From: Candidatus Heimdallarchaeota archaeon
GTDB taxonomy: Archaea > Asgardarchaeota > Heimdallarchaeia > Hodarchaeales > Hodarchaeaceae
NCBI GenBank assembly: GCA_020353515.1
Contig: CP070695.1
Span: 2,279,155 to 2,343,154, forward strand
Reading direction: 5' to 3'
DNA length: 64,000 bases
Position 1 is the first letter of the stretch. Each line of letters begins with the position of its first letter. Position numbers and translations under genes: made by a program. A model generated the notes under the pieces. The model saw only the letters and a program-made list of their open reading frames with translations. It ran no database searches and was not told the DNA's origin. Positions 1 to 10,695 of this stretch are shown here, one piece after another.

Positions 1-1647
1 AAACGAAAAAGGAAGGAATGGGAAGAAGTCTACAGTAAAACTGTAAAAAAGCATCCAGAGCGGTTACAGAAGTTTATGACAACTTCTAGTAAACCTATTA
101 GTCAAATATATGATCCTACAGATCTTCCTGCGAACTGGGACTATCAAGACGCCTTAGGATATCCAAGCATGTTTCCTTTCACACGCGGTGTTCAACCTAC
201 AATGTATCGTGGCCGATTATGGACCATGCGTCAGTTTGCAGGATTTGGGGGTGCTGAAGAGACTAATCAGCGGTTTAAGTTCCTTTTAGAACACGGAATG
301 ACAGGCTTAAGCGTTGCTTTTCATCTTCCTACGATATATGGACGTGAATCAGAGCACCCTATGTCTCTTGGAGAGGTTGGAAAATTAGGTGTAGCTATTG
401 ATACGTTAAAAGACATGGAAATCTTATTTGACGGAATTCCTCTTGATAAGGTTACTACCTCAATGACAATTAATGCACCTGCTTCTATTCTACTTGCAAT
501 GTACATCGCAGTCGCAGAGAAACAGGGGGTAAGTTCCGATCAAATTGGTGGAACCATCCAAAATGACATCCTTAAGGAATTTATTGCTCAAAAATCGTAT
601 ATCTTTCCCCCAAAACCATCAATGCGAATTATTGTGGATATTATCAAATACTGCTCTGAACATGTTCCACGCTGGAATACTATCTCTATTTCAGGATATC
701 ATATCCGAGAAGCAGGATCCACTGCGGTTCAAGAACTGGCTTTCACTTTAGCTGATGGATTAGAATATGTGAGATGGGCTGTGGAAGCTGGGATGGATGT
801 TGATGACTTTGCACCCCGATTATCATTCTTTTTTAATTCGCATAATGACTTATTTGAAGAGATAGCTAAGTATCGGGCTGCCCGACGTATTTGGGCTCGT
901 CACATCCGTCAATATCAACCGAAAAACCCTCGTTCCATGTGGCTACGATTTCATACTCAAACTGCAGGATGTTCCTTAACAGCTCAACAGCCCTATAATA
1001 ATGTCGTACGAACTACAGTCCAAGCGTTAGCAGCGATATTAGGTGGAACACAATCCCTTCACACCAATTCATTAGATGAAGCATTAGCTTTACCTAGTGA
1101 GGAGGCAGTTGAGATTGCATTGCGGACTCAACAGATACTGGCCCATGAAAGCGGGGTAACAAATACAATTGATCCATTAGCAGGGAGCTATTTTATAGAA
1201 GCGTTAACAAATGAAATGGAAGAACAGACCGAGGAATATTTTTCCAAGGTTGAACAGTTGGGAGGAGTTATTCCCGCAATAGAAAAAGGATTTTTCCAGC
1301 AAGAAATAGCGAATGCGGCATATCAATATCAAAAGGAAATTGAAGGAAACCAGCGAGTAATAGTTGGAATTAATGATTTTAGTTCCGATGAGGAAATCGA
1401 AGTTCCACTCCTTCAAATCGGAGAAGAGATAGCTGAACGACAGATAGCACGCTTACATCAAACGAAAAAGGAACGAGACAATGAGGCAGTAGGAGAAGCG
1501 CTAGCAGAGGTACGTCAGGCTGCTGAAGGTACCGATAATTTAATGCCCCCTATTCTGAAAGCTGTGAAAGCCTATGCCTCTGTTGGTGAAATTTGTGACG
1601 TCTTACGAGAAGTCTTTGGAGAATGGAGAGGAGATCAATTGATCTGA
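1..1647 (+). CDS. B12-dependent acyl-CoA mutase large subunit (methylmalonyl/isobutyryl-CoA mutase family), 5'-partial
   Basis: Motifs [45 protein letters not shown] and GGTQSLHTN. The frame is open from base 1 (KRKRKEWEE...), so the true start lies upstream of the window. Confidence 0.95.
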   Translation, partial: KRKRKEWEEVYSKTVKKHPERLQKFMTTSSKPISQIYDPTDLPANWDYQDALGYPSMFPFTRGVQPTMYRGRLWTMRQFAGFGGAEETNQRFKFLLEHGMTGLSVAFHLPTIYGRESEHPMSLGEVGKLGVAIDTLKDMEILFDGIPLDKVTTSMTINAPASILLAMYIAVAEKQGVSSDQIGGTIQNDILKEFIAQKSYIFPPKPSMRIIVDIIKYCSEHVPRWNTISISGYHIREAGSTAVQELAFTLADGLEYVRWAVEAGMDVDDFAPRLSFFFNSHNDLFEEIAKYRAARRIWARHIRQYQPKNPRSMWLRFHTQTAGCSLTAQQPYNNVVRTTVQALAAILGGTQSLHTNSLDEALALPSEEAVEIALRTQQILAHESGVTNTIDPLAGSYFIEALTNEMEEQTEEYFSKVEQLGGVIPAIEKGFFQQEIANAAYQYQKEIEGNQRVIVGINDFSSDEEIEVPLLQIGEEIAERQIARLHQTKKERDNEAVGEALAEVRQAAEGTDNLMPPILKAVKAYASVGEICDVLREVFGEWRGDQLI

Positions 1648-1663
1648 ATGAACTTCCCAGTAG

Positions 1664-2077
1664 GTGAATAGAGTGACACGAAAAATTAGAGTCTTATTAG
1701 CAAAACCTGGATTAGATGGCCACGATCGCGGTGTGAAAGTTGTCGCACGGGCATTGAGAGATGCGGGAATGGAAGTAATCTATACTGGATTGCATAAGAG
1801 CCCAGAACAGATAGTAGAAGCAGCTTTACAAGAAGATGTTGATGTTATTGGATTATCTAGCCTAAGTGGATCTCATATGGCTCTATTTCCGCGAATTATC
1901 GAATTACTTGAAGAGAACGACATGATCAACGATACCCTTGTAGTCGCTGGCGGGATCATCCCTGATGTTGACGTTCCTAAGTTAAATGAAATTGGAATAA
2001 ATGGAATTTTTGGTCCTGGAACTGATACCACGGGCATAGTAAAATTCATCAAGTCAAATCTCAAGCGATCGTTGTGA
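1664..2077 (+). CDS. Cobalamin-binding small subunit of acyl-CoA mutase
   Basis: [11 protein letters not shown]12-binding motif, SSLSGSH, GGIIP; adjacent to the large subunit. Confidence 0.95.
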   Translation: MNRVTRKIRVLLAKPGLDGHDRGVKVVARALRDAGMEVIYTGLHKSPEQIVEAALQEDVDVIGLSSLSGSHMALFPRIIELLEENDMINDTLVVAGGIIPDVDVPKLNEIGINGIFGPGTDTTGIVKFIKSNLKRSL

Positions 2078-2119
2078 AAGTAAACCTTCTTAGACTTCTA
2101 AAGGATAGAAAGTTATAAA
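1955..2119 (+). repeat. Left copy of a degenerate ~165-bp direct repeat (3' end of mutase small subunit plus downstream intergenic DNA)
   Basis: Aligns by eye with 9814-9979: aaattcatcaagtcaaatctcaagcgatcgttgtga vs aattttatcaagtcgactcttaagcgctctttgtga, and agacttctaaaggatagaaag vs agacttcttaagggttgaagg. Confidence 0.85.
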
Positions 2120-2408
2120 GATCATAATTTTTGTCTATAAACAGTTAAGTAACCGTACCACAATTAATAAAAGGGTAAATTGGATTTGATAGTCTTGCTA
2201 AAGTTCTTCTAAGGATAAGTAAGAAGAATTACCCTTCATGGTCAATCAGGTTGTTCTAATCAAATACTATTAGCAATTAATAGTACTTTAGAGCCGCATT
2301 AGCAAAATTAAAAAAGGATATTTTCTAGAAAAAAACTACATTTCTTCTAAATATCAAAATATTAAAGGAAATCATTCTATTTTCATGAAAAACGGATAGG
2401 GCGACAAA

Positions 2409-5249
2409 ATGGGACGAGGTTCCAACTTCAGGGGAAAACCAAGATTATTATTTCAAATTATCAGAATCAATCTTAAGAAATCACTCATTACGCTAATTGG
2501 AATGACAATTGCACTTGCAGTGATAGCTGGAAGCTTAATTTATTTAGAATCAACTGAAGTGGATTATTATTTAAAAGTTTTAGAAGATCCTTCCTATGAA
2601 AAACATTTGTCTTATCGTATTTATGATTATAAAAAGGAAAATCGGTCTGTAGAAGACATTACTAGGATTCACAGTACTCTTAATGGTAAAATTGCTAAAT
2701 TTAACGGGTCTGGTATTTTTATTCAGTCATCCTATCCATTTCTGTGTAGAATGTCTAGAAGCACATTATTACTGAACACAAGTCAAAGTTATCGGTATAT
2801 TGGGCTTCTCCTAGACGAATCAGTGATAGAAGATTGTATAAATGGCAGTCAAAACCCAAAAAACCAAGATGAGATGTTGGTTTTTATTCCAAGTGATGCT
2901 TCGACTGAACTAACTATAAACCAAACTATAAAACTCCCAATAATCTATAAACATAAAAGAAAAGAACTATACTATAATCTCAGTTTGAATATTTCGGGGG
3001 TCTTAACACCTACAAGTTTACGTCCTTCCTCTCCTCTATCAAACATAGTTAGTCTAAGTCAAATTCAATTCATAATGAACCTGAACCAGTATTTATCAGT
3101 CCTAAACACACTAAGAAACCTTTCTAGTAGGACTGTTTCCAATACAATGGAGTTCAATTATCAATTTAATTTTTCTATGTTGAACCACCAGAATGCCCAT
3201 CGAATAGCCCATGATTTGGTCAATATGCGAAAAGCTTGTTGGGATTGGAGAATTTATCAGGACTATACTCGATATGAGATCTCTCTCCCTTCTTCATCAG
3301 GAACATTACTCTATACTCTTCGAGGAGCAGTCGATGACTTTGATGCTTTTTTTTCGAGTTTTATAATTTATTGTATACCAGCTTTTATTGTCACTTTCCT
3401 GTTTGTGCAGTTTTCACTAGGTATAATCAATGAAGGTCGAAGAAAAGCTCTGGTCATGTATAAAATGCGAGGAATTTCCAAAAGATTCATATTTACTGTG
3501 TTATGTGGTGAAACATTTATTCTCGCACTTATTGCATCGGGTTTAGGGGTAATTCTAGGAATTCCCATTCATATCTTGATCTCTACAACAAGTGATTATC
3601 TCAGTTTTGATCTTTCAAAATGGCCAAATCTTACAATTATTTCTCAAGCTACCATTATATCTGTGATTGAATTCAGCTTATGTTTGACTTTCCTGTTGAA
3701 TTTTCGGACAATACTTCATCTCACTAAGGTAAATATCGTCATTTTGGAAGAGGAGGCAAGTAAAAAGAAGAAACGGAAAAGAGGCACGATTCGTCAAAAC
3801 ATTGATGTTTTTTTGTTATTACAAGGAATAATCGGAATTTTTATCTTGAATCTGTTTTTAAGAATCATAACTGAAGTTGATCAGGGTGATGCTGGGCTCT
3901 TAATGGCAATAATTTTTCCACTTGCTCTTTTAAGTCCGTTTTGTTTGTTGATTGGCTTTATTTTTTCATTTAATAGGTTAATGCCAATCATATTTGATAA
4001 ATTAGGGGGAATATTATGGAAGAGGGATTTTAAATTATTTGCTATGGCTGTTCGTAATTTATTTGTGAACATGAAAATGACGTCTCGGACAACACTGCTA
4101 ACAGCTGTAACAATCAGTTTTTTAATGATTCTATCTTCACTACCTATCTCTTTTAATCAACAAAGAATTAACACGGCATATTATAGGGCTGGAAGTGATC
4201 TTACTATTCGAACATATTCATTGAATGAAAGTGTGAAGGGAAATCTCTCAGCAGAATTAAACGAGGTTCCTGGGTTAACCACAACATTTATTTCAATTAA
4301 AAGATTTTATCTAGAGAATAAAGAGCCTGATATTGAAGTTATGGCAATCGAAGCCAATTTCGATGAGGTTGCGTTTTGGAAAGGAAACTATGCAAAACAT
4401 CCTCTTAGTGATCTTGTTCACACACTTTATAGCTCTAAAGCACAATTCCCAATAATTTTAGATTCTAGGTCAATGAAAATTGAAAACTTAACTATTCATA
4501 GCAATTATATTCAAAATTTTGATTTTACAATTTCATTTAATTTTACCATCGTCGAGACTACCGATTTTTGGCCTGGATTAATTGAAAGACATAAAGATGA
4601 GCAGAGATTTCTCATCATAAAACGTTCAATGTTTAATAATTTGATTAATTATTCTACTAGTAGTACATACATACATAGTAGTACATATCTGTGGGGTAAA
4701 GTAGATCCTAGTACGGACGCGAATGAAGTTATTTTACAGGTTAAAAATATAACATCAAAATATGAACTCGATATAAGGTATTTTGCACTTACAGCTAATA
4801 AATTAGAAATAGATCCTGATTCTCTTGAAGCTACATTCCTTTGGGGCGTCACTAATTTCAATTTTCTTGTTTCTCTCTTAGCATTATTGCTCCTATTATT
4901 TTTATCTTCAATCGCACGAATGACCAACCAATTAAAAGAAATCGGATTAAGTAGAGCATTAGGTATGAAATTCCGTCAGGTTTTTTTCTTAATGGTTATT
5001 GAACCACTTCTATTAGTCTTGATAAGTGGGATACCAGGAGGACTAATCGGTTTAGGATTGTTAATGCTTTTCATCAATCTTGGTCAAGGCCCTCCATTAA
5101 GTTCTGATCCACCGTTCATTTTAACGATTGATATACCATCTATACTCCTTATCTATGGTTCAATACTAATCACAGCAATCATAGCTGGTTTAATTACTTC
5201 GTACCGAGTAACTAGAGCTGATGTATCGAAGATACTAAAAGTGGAGTGA
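2409..5249 (+). CDS. FtsX/MacB-like ABC transporter permease (copy 1)
   Basis: Two FtsX-type TM blocks (YKMRGIS..., KEIGLSRALGM...), each preceded by a large extracytoplasmic domain; ends ADVSKILKVE. Confidence 0.9.
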   Translation: MGRGSNFRGKPRLLFQIIRINLKKSLITLIGMTIALAVIAGSLIYLESTEVDYYLKVLEDPSYEKHLSYRIYDYKKENRSVEDITRIHSTLNGKIAKFNGSGIFIQSSYPFLCRMSRSTLLLNTSQSYRYIGLLLDESVIEDCINGSQNPKNQDEMLVFIPSDASTELTINQTIKLPIIYKHKRKELYYNLSLNISGVLTPTSLRPSSPLSNIVSLSQIQFIMNLNQYLSVLNTLRNLSSRTVSNTMEFNYQFNFSMLNHQNAHRIAHDLVNMRKACWDWRIYQDYTRYEISLPSSSGTLLYTLRGAVDDFDAFFSSFIIYCIPAFIVTFLFVQFSLGIINEGRRKALVMYKMRGISKRFIFTVLCGETFILALIASGLGVILGIPIHILISTTSDYLSFDLSKWPNLTIISQATIISVIEFSLCLTFLLNFRTILHLTKVNIVILEEEASKKKKRKRGTIRQNIDVFLLLQGIIGIFILNLFLRIITEVDQGDAGLLMAIIFPLALLSPFCLLIGFIFSFNRLMPIIFDKLGGILWKRDFKLFAMAVRNLFVNMKMTSRTTLLTAVTISFLMILSSLPISFNQQRINTAYYRAGSDLTIRTYSLNESVKGNLSAELNEVPGLTTTFISIKRFYLENKEPDIEVMAIEANFDEVAFWKGNYAKHPLSDLVHTLYSSKAQFPIILDSRSMKIENLTIHSNYIQNFDFTISFNFTIVETTDFWPGLIERHKDEQRFLIIKRSMFNNLINYSTSSTYIHSSTYLWGKVDPSTDANEVILQVKNITSKYELDIRYFALTANKLEIDPDSLEATFLWGVTNFNFLVSLLALLLLLFLSSIARMTNQLKEIGLSRALGMKFRQVFFLMVIEPLLLVLISGIPGGLIGLGLLMLFINLGQGPPLSSDPPFILTIDIPSILLIYGSILITAIIAGLITSYRVTRADVSKILKVE

Positions 5250-5380
5250 GTGGAATGTTTTTAGAATGTAAAGACCTTATCAAAATCTATCCTTCTCCTG
5301 TTGAGGGATTGATGTTTCCAGCATTACGAGGATTGGATCTAAAGGATTCATTTAATTCTTATGAAATACGGATGGGGTGA
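5246..5380 (+). pseudogene. Truncated 5' fragment of the ABC ATPase gene at the tandem-duplication junction
   Basis: Translates MSGMFLECKDLIKIYPSPVEGLMFPALRGLDL, nearly identical to the N-terminus of 8189..9082, then runs into a copy of the permease upstream region. Confidence 0.9.
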
Positions 5381-5384
5381 CAAA

Positions 5385-8192
5385 ATGGGACGAGGTCACA
5401 GTATCAGGGGAAAAATAAGATTATTACTTCTAGTTCTTCGCATCAATCTCAAGAAATCATTCATTACACTTCTTGGAATGACAATTGCGCTGGCAATAAT
5501 AGCTGCAAGTCTAATCTTTTTAGAGTCAAACGAAATAAATTATTATTTAGAAGTTTTAGAAGACCCTGATCTTGGAAAACCGTTTGAATTCCGGATTTAT
5601 GAAGACACGAGGGGAAATTACTCTATCAAAGACATTACTATGGCTCATGGCCTTGTTAATGAGAAATTTGCTGAATATAATTTAAGAGATTTCTTTATTC
5701 AATCGAAATATCCATTCCTGTTTAGAAAAAATAGAAAAACACTATTTCGAAACACAACAGAAACCTATTATTACTTTGGACTCCCTATGAATGAGTCTAT
5801 CATCAAAGATTGTGTGAATGGAAGCGACATCCCTAGGGCACAAAATGAAATTTTGGTATTTATTCCCAATCATATTCCGATTGAGTTAAATATAAATGAA
5901 ACCGTTAATCTCTCACTCTCTTATAAGTACAAAAATAATGAACAGTTTCATAATCTTAGTCTGAAAATCTCAGGAATATTAACTGAAACAAGCATACGTT
6001 CTTCCTCTCAATTATGGGATATGGTGAATCTATATCATCGAAGCCAATTCATCATGAACGTTGATCAGTACTTATTAGTTCTAAACACATTAAAAACTCT
6101 TTCAGATGAGTCTATTTCAAATTCCTTTTATTTATATTACCAGTTAGATGATTCTACTGTTAATACTCAAAATGCACGCCAAATAATTTATGGATTAGTT
6201 GAATTTGGTGGAAAAGACTGGGATTTTAGTGCTCAGATTAATTCAAAGATGTTTGATATCTATTATGGATCTGCATGGAAATGGTTTAACACAATTTCAA
6301 TGAGAATTGGCGAATTTAGATACTTGTTTTTCTTTTTTACCATCTTTTGTTTACCTGCTTTTATTATTACCTTCCTGTTAGTGAATTTTTCTCTTGGTAT
6401 CATCAATGAAGGCAGAAGAAAAACCCTAGCTTTGTATAAAATGAGAGGGATTTCGAAAGTATTCCTTTTCACTGTTTTATGTGTTGAAACAATGACACTA
6501 GCACTTATTGCTTCGGTATTGGGGGTAATTCTGAGTATACCAGTTTATTTTTTGATTTCAGCTACGACTGGTTATTTAAGCTTTGATTTAACAAAGTGGC
6601 CAGATGTAACTATAATCTCTCGAACCACTATTATTTCGGTGATTGGATTTAGTTTGTGTTTCACTTTTCTGTTACATCTTCGGACAATAATTAAACTTAC
6701 TAATGCAGGCATAGTTTTCTTGGTAGAAGAGGCCAGTAAAAAGAAAAAGCGTAAAAGGGGGGCAATTCAACAAAATATTGACGTTTTTCTACTACTTCAA
6801 GGAATACTCGGTATCTTCTTCCTCAATTTATTCATGAGAATCTTGATTGAAGCTGGTCAGCTGGAAAGTGGCTTAATTATTTTCATGTTACTAATTAGCA
6901 TTCTTGTCTTTTTAAGCCCTTTATCTCTTCTGGTTGGTTTTATTCTCGCATTTAATAGATTAATGCCAGTAATTTTAGATAAATTAGGGGGAATATTATG
7001 GAAAAGAGATTATAAATTGTTCGTTATGGCAACACGAAATTTATTTGTTAATATAAAATTTACTACCCGAACAACATTGCTGATAGCTATTAGTATCAGT
7101 TTTCTAATGGTTATGTCTTCATTACCCGTCTCTATGAATCAGTATAACATTGATTCGACCTACTATAAAGCTGGGAGTGATCTCGTCATTCGGGCAGGGG
7201 ATTTCTTGGGGGAAAGAGCTTTAAGGAATCTTTCAACAGGATTGAATAATCTTCCTGGTTTTACTACTACAATTGTTTCATTTACAGATTATAGAACTAG
7301 TAATAAAGAATTTATAGGAATTGAAGATAATTTTCATGAAGTAGCTTTTTGGAAAACACACTATGCAAAAAAACCTCTCAGCAGCCTTGTATCAGTACTC
7401 TATAACTCTAAAGCCCAAGTTCCAGTAATTATTGACTCCTTTTCAGCTAAACTTGAAGAATTAAATGTTAATGAAACCTATCCTCTTAAAATAGGTTCAG
7501 ACGATCCCCTGAACTTAACCATTGTGGAAAAAACAGATTATTGGCCTGTATTAATTCGAAGAGTTCAAAATAAGGAGAGATTTTTCATAATGAAGCGTTC
7601 AACGTATAGCGAATTGATCAGCGATGGTGATTCCTATATCTGGTGTAAAATTGATCCGATTACCAATGAAGCTATTGAACAGGCTAAAAATATGACACAA
7701 GAAGTAGGAGTTGATATTAATGATTTTTATTTTACTGCAGAGAGAGTAAAACTCGATCCAGATTCTCTCAAATCAATTTTTCCTTGGATTATCACAAATT
7801 TTAATTTTCTTGTTATGCTTATAGGATTATTATTACTTTTGGTTTTATTTACAATGACACGTGTTACCAACCAATTAAAAGAAATCGGATTAAGCAGGGC
7901 ATTAGGGATGAAATTTCGACAGGTTTTTATTCTAATGTTTCTTGAATCCTTTCTATTAATCCTGATAAGTGGGTTACCAGGAGGACTAATTGGTTTAGGA
8001 TTATTAATGATTTTAATTAACTATGGTCAAGGCCCTCCATTCAGTTATGGACCCCCATTTATCTTAATGATTGATATTCCATCTTTATTATTTATTTTCG
8101 GTTCGATCATAATTATTACAATATTTTTAGGATTCATTGCGTCGTACAGAGTAACCAGAGCTGATGTATCTAAAATTCTTAAAGTGGAATGA
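5385..8192 (+). CDS. FtsX/MacB-like ABC transporter permease (copy 2)
   Basis: Full-length paralogue of 2409..5249; start placed at MGRG by comparison with copy 1. Confidence 0.9.
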   Translation: MGRGHSIRGKIRLLLLVLRINLKKSFITLLGMTIALAIIAASLIFLESNEINYYLEVLEDPDLGKPFEFRIYEDTRGNYSIKDITMAHGLVNEKFAEYNLRDFFIQSKYPFLFRKNRKTLFRNTTETYYYFGLPMNESIIKDCVNGSDIPRAQNEILVFIPNHIPIELNINETVNLSLSYKYKNNEQFHNLSLKISGILTETSIRSSSQLWDMVNLYHRSQFIMNVDQYLLVLNTLKTLSDESISNSFYLYYQLDDSTVNTQNARQIIYGLVEFGGKDWDFSAQINSKMFDIYYGSAWKWFNTISMRIGEFRYLFFFFTIFCLPAFIITFLLVNFSLGIINEGRRKTLALYKMRGISKVFLFTVLCVETMTLALIASVLGVILSIPVYFLISATTGYLSFDLTKWPDVTIISRTTIISVIGFSLCFTFLLHLRTIIKLTNAGIVFLVEEASKKKKRKRGAIQQNIDVFLLLQGILGIFFLNLFMRILIEAGQLESGLIIFMLLISILVFLSPLSLLVGFILAFNRLMPVILDKLGGILWKRDYKLFVMATRNLFVNIKFTTRTTLLIAISISFLMVMSSLPVSMNQYNIDSTYYKAGSDLVIRAGDFLGERALRNLSTGLNNLPGFTTTIVSFTDYRTSNKEFIGIEDNFHEVAFWKTHYAKKPLSSLVSVLYNSKAQVPVIIDSFSAKLEELNVNETYPLKIGSDDPLNLTIVEKTDYWPVLIRRVQNKERFFIMKRSTYSELISDGDSYIWCKIDPITNEAIEQAKNMTQEVGVDINDFYFTAERVKLDPDSLKSIFPWIITNFNFLVMLIGLLLLLVLFTMTRVTNQLKEIGLSRALGMKFRQVFILMFLESFLLILISGLPGGLIGLGLLMILINYGQGPPFSYGPPFILMIDIPSLLFIFGSIIIITIFLGFIASYRVTRADVSKILKVE

Positions 8193-9082
8193 GTATAATG
8201 TTGTTAGAATGTAGAGACTTAATCAAAATTTATCCTTCCCCTGTGGAAGGATTGATGTTTCCCGCATTACGAGGTCTGGATCTTCAGATACCACCTGCTG
8301 AATTAATATCAATAATTGGTCCTTCAGGAGCAGGAAAATCCACCCTTTTGCGACTCATTTGTACATTTGATCACCCCAGCTCAGGAGAAATCTGGTTTGA
8401 TGGAAAATTGGTAAATACTTTCACAAATGCCGAATTGGAAGAGTTTCGTCTGAATAAGGTTGGTGTTATGTATCAAGCCCCTGAAGACAATCTTATCTGG
8501 GATTTGAACACAATTCAGAACGTTATGCTCCCAATGCGGTATTCAGGCAAATTTAGAGGGAATGAAAAAGCAAGGGCGGAGGAATTATTAGAAAAAGTTG
8601 GATTAAAAGGGAAGACTCATCGCAAACCGTCTCAACTTTCTGGTGGTGAGCAACAACGTGTCTCGATTGCTATTGCATTAGCAAATGAGCCCAAGCTCCT
8701 TCTTGCTGATGAACCTACTGGGGAGTTAGATAGTGTTACTACAGCAGTGATTATTGATTATTTGAAGCAACTAAATAAGGATGATGGATTAACAATTCTC
8801 GTAGTGACGCATGATAAACGCTTTGCAAAAATGACGGATAAGACATATAGAATTTTGGATGGAAGGTTAACCACATATCATATTAGATCTGAAGAATCTG
8901 TTGAGGTTGATCTCGAGGAAGAAGTCGTGATTGTTGACTCCCAAGGTACTCTGAGACTCCCTCGCGAGGTGTCTCATCAGTTTAAGGATTTAAAAGCAGT
9001 TAAGATCCAAGTCAAGAATGGAAAAATCGAATTGGTTCCTTTCAAAGATAAAATGAAGAGTAAGGAGGGGGAACAAAAATGA
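8189..9082 (+). CDS. ABC transporter ATP-binding protein (LolD-like) with C-terminal AbrB-like domain
   Basis: GPSGAGKS, LSGGEQQRV, LLADEPTG, VVTHD; C-terminal VIVDSQGTLRLP. Confidence 0.93.
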   Translation: MSIMLLECRDLIKIYPSPVEGLMFPALRGLDLQIPPAELISIIGPSGAGKSTLLRLICTFDHPSSGEIWFDGKLVNTFTNAELEEFRLNKVGVMYQAPEDNLIWDLNTIQNVMLPMRYSGKFRGNEKARAEELLEKVGLKGKTHRKPSQLSGGEQQRVSIAIALANEPKLLLADEPTGELDSVTTAVIIDYLKQLNKDDGLTILVVTHDKRFAKMTDKTYRILDGRLTTYHIRSEESVEVDLEEEVVIVDSQGTLRLPREVSHQFKDLKAVKIQVKNGKIELVPFKDKMKSKEGEQK

Positions 9083-9759
9083 CTGTGAAACAAGTCCTTT
9101 ATGATTTGCAACAGGTTCATAGATGGTATGAAAGCAGTGTGGAGGTCGTGAAAGCGGTTGATGGGGTCGATCTTCAGATTTTTAAGGGTGATTTCATTGC
9201 AGTTTTTGGTCCTTCTGGTTCTGGTAAAACAACATTCCTTAATCTTTTAGCAGGACTTGATAAGGCCACAGGGGGGTCAATAGTGTTTAATGACGTAAAC
9301 TTGAATGATTTGAGTGATTCAGCGATATGTGATCTTAGAAGACACGAAATAGGAATTATCTTTCAGTTTTATAACATGCATCCTTCCTTAACTACTCAGG
9401 AAAATGTGGAATATCCTATGTTGATCGCAGGGATTCCTGCAAGTCAAAGGAGTCAAAGAGCGACAGAATTACTGAAAGAGATCGGTCTTCTTGACAAAAA
9501 GGATAACTTTCCTGCTGAATTATCAGGGGGAGAAAAGCAACGAGTAGGAATCGCTCGTGCCTTAACAAATGAACCTCAGGTGATTATTGCTGATGAGCCA
9601 ACGGGGGATCTCGATTCTGAAAATGCTGAAGAGATAATTAACTTGTTGTTATCAGTGAATAAACAGGGCACAACGATTGTAATGGTTACTCATGATGAAT
9701 CCCTCTTAACAGAAGATATGAGAATTTTACACTTGATTGATGGGAAAATATTTGGATAA
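9079..9759 (+). CDS. ABC transporter ATP-binding protein (LolD-like)
   Basis: GPSGSGKT, LSGGEKQRV, IIADEPTG, MVTHD. Confidence 0.95.
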   Translation: MTVKQVLYDLQQVHRWYESSVEVVKAVDGVDLQIFKGDFIAVFGPSGSGKTTFLNLLAGLDKATGGSIVFNDVNLNDLSDSAICDLRRHEIGIIFQFYNMHPSLTTQENVEYPMLIAGIPASQRSQRATELLKEIGLLDKKDNFPAELSGGEKQRVGIARALTNEPQVIIADEPTGDLDSENAEEIINLLLSVNKQGTTIVMVTHDESLLTEDMRILHLIDGKIFG

Positions 9760-9813
9760 AACCTAATATTAGTTCTCTACATCACTATCAATATTTAGGC
9801 GCTCTCTATTACT

Positions 9814-9979
9814 ATCATCTCTGATTTAGATGTCCTGACGTTGAATGAAATTGGATCAGGGAGATCAACAATCCTGTTAATGAAATCGATATCATATGGT
9901 AAATTTTATCAAGTCGACTCTTAAGCGCTCTTTGTGAGAGAACCCATCACAAGACTTCTTAAGGGTTGAAGGCTAGAAA
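9814..9979 (+). repeat. Right, decayed copy of the mutase small-subunit 3' end plus intergenic DNA
   Basis: Residual translation IISDLDVLTLNEIG...VNFIKSTLKRSL* vs [14 protein letters not shown]...[12 protein letters not shown] in the intact gene. Confidence 0.85.
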
Positions 9980-9980
9980 T

Positions 9981-10127
9981 ATGACGACGTATTTGTGTCA
10001 AAAATGCCATCAGGAGATTGATCCTGCGGAATTAGAAACTTTGCCTGGGATTCGATGCATTATATGCGGTCATCGAATATTATTGAAAAAACGTCCCCCC
10101 ATCATCAAACGGTTGAAAACTGATTAA
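9981..10127 (+). CDS. rpo12: DNA-directed RNA polymerase subunit P (Rpo12); not in ORF track
   Basis: MTTYLCQKCHQEIDPAELETLPGIRCIICGHRILLKKRPPIIKRLKTD: zinc ribbon with the RCxxCGxRILxKxR signature. Confidence 0.95.
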   Translation: MTTYLCQKCHQEIDPAELETLPGIRCIICGHRILLKKRPPIIKRLKTD

Positions 10128-10251
10128 AATAAGCCAAAGGACGATTTCCACAATTCTCTGTTATTCGATAGGTTTATATTTTGTTAAGGATAAAGATAGA
10201 TCAGCTAATAAATTATTCAGCTAACTAAAAATCTGAGGTTAATAGTTCAAA

Positions 10252-10563
10252 ATGGGTAGTATATGCAAGACCTGCGGTCTGCCAGAAGAGTTATGCGCTT
10301 GCTCTGATATCGCACGAGAAGAACAAACGTCAATTAGGGTTTATATTGAGAAACGAAAATGGGGACGCGAGGTAACGGTCATTGATGGACTGTCTAAAGA
10401 TATTGATCTACGAAGCTTGTCCAAACGTCTGAAGAAGAGTTTGGCCACAGGTGGAACAACAAAAGATGGCCGAATTGAACTTCAGGGTAATTTCCTTCGT
10501 TTAATTTCACCAATTCTTATCGATGAAGGATTTCCTGAAACGTCTATTGAGATACGCGGCTGA
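10252..10563 (+). CDS. Translation initiation factor SUI1/aIF1
   Basis: CKTCGLPEELCAC N-terminus, VTVIDG, GGTTKDGRIELQG. Confidence 0.95.
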   Translation: MGSICKTCGLPEELCACSDIAREEQTSIRVYIEKRKWGREVTVIDGLSKDIDLRSLSKRLKKSLATGGTTKDGRIELQGNFLRLISPILIDEGFPETSIEIRG

Positions 10564-10695
10564 CTCTTGTAATCAAACCGATAGAGTCCAAATATTCCCT
10601 AGATTGAGGGTGTCTCCTCCTATCAAGGGTAGATACCGTACTTTCCTTCTACATTAGATTGTACTTAAGAGAACCCTTACTTCAGAAATTAACAC

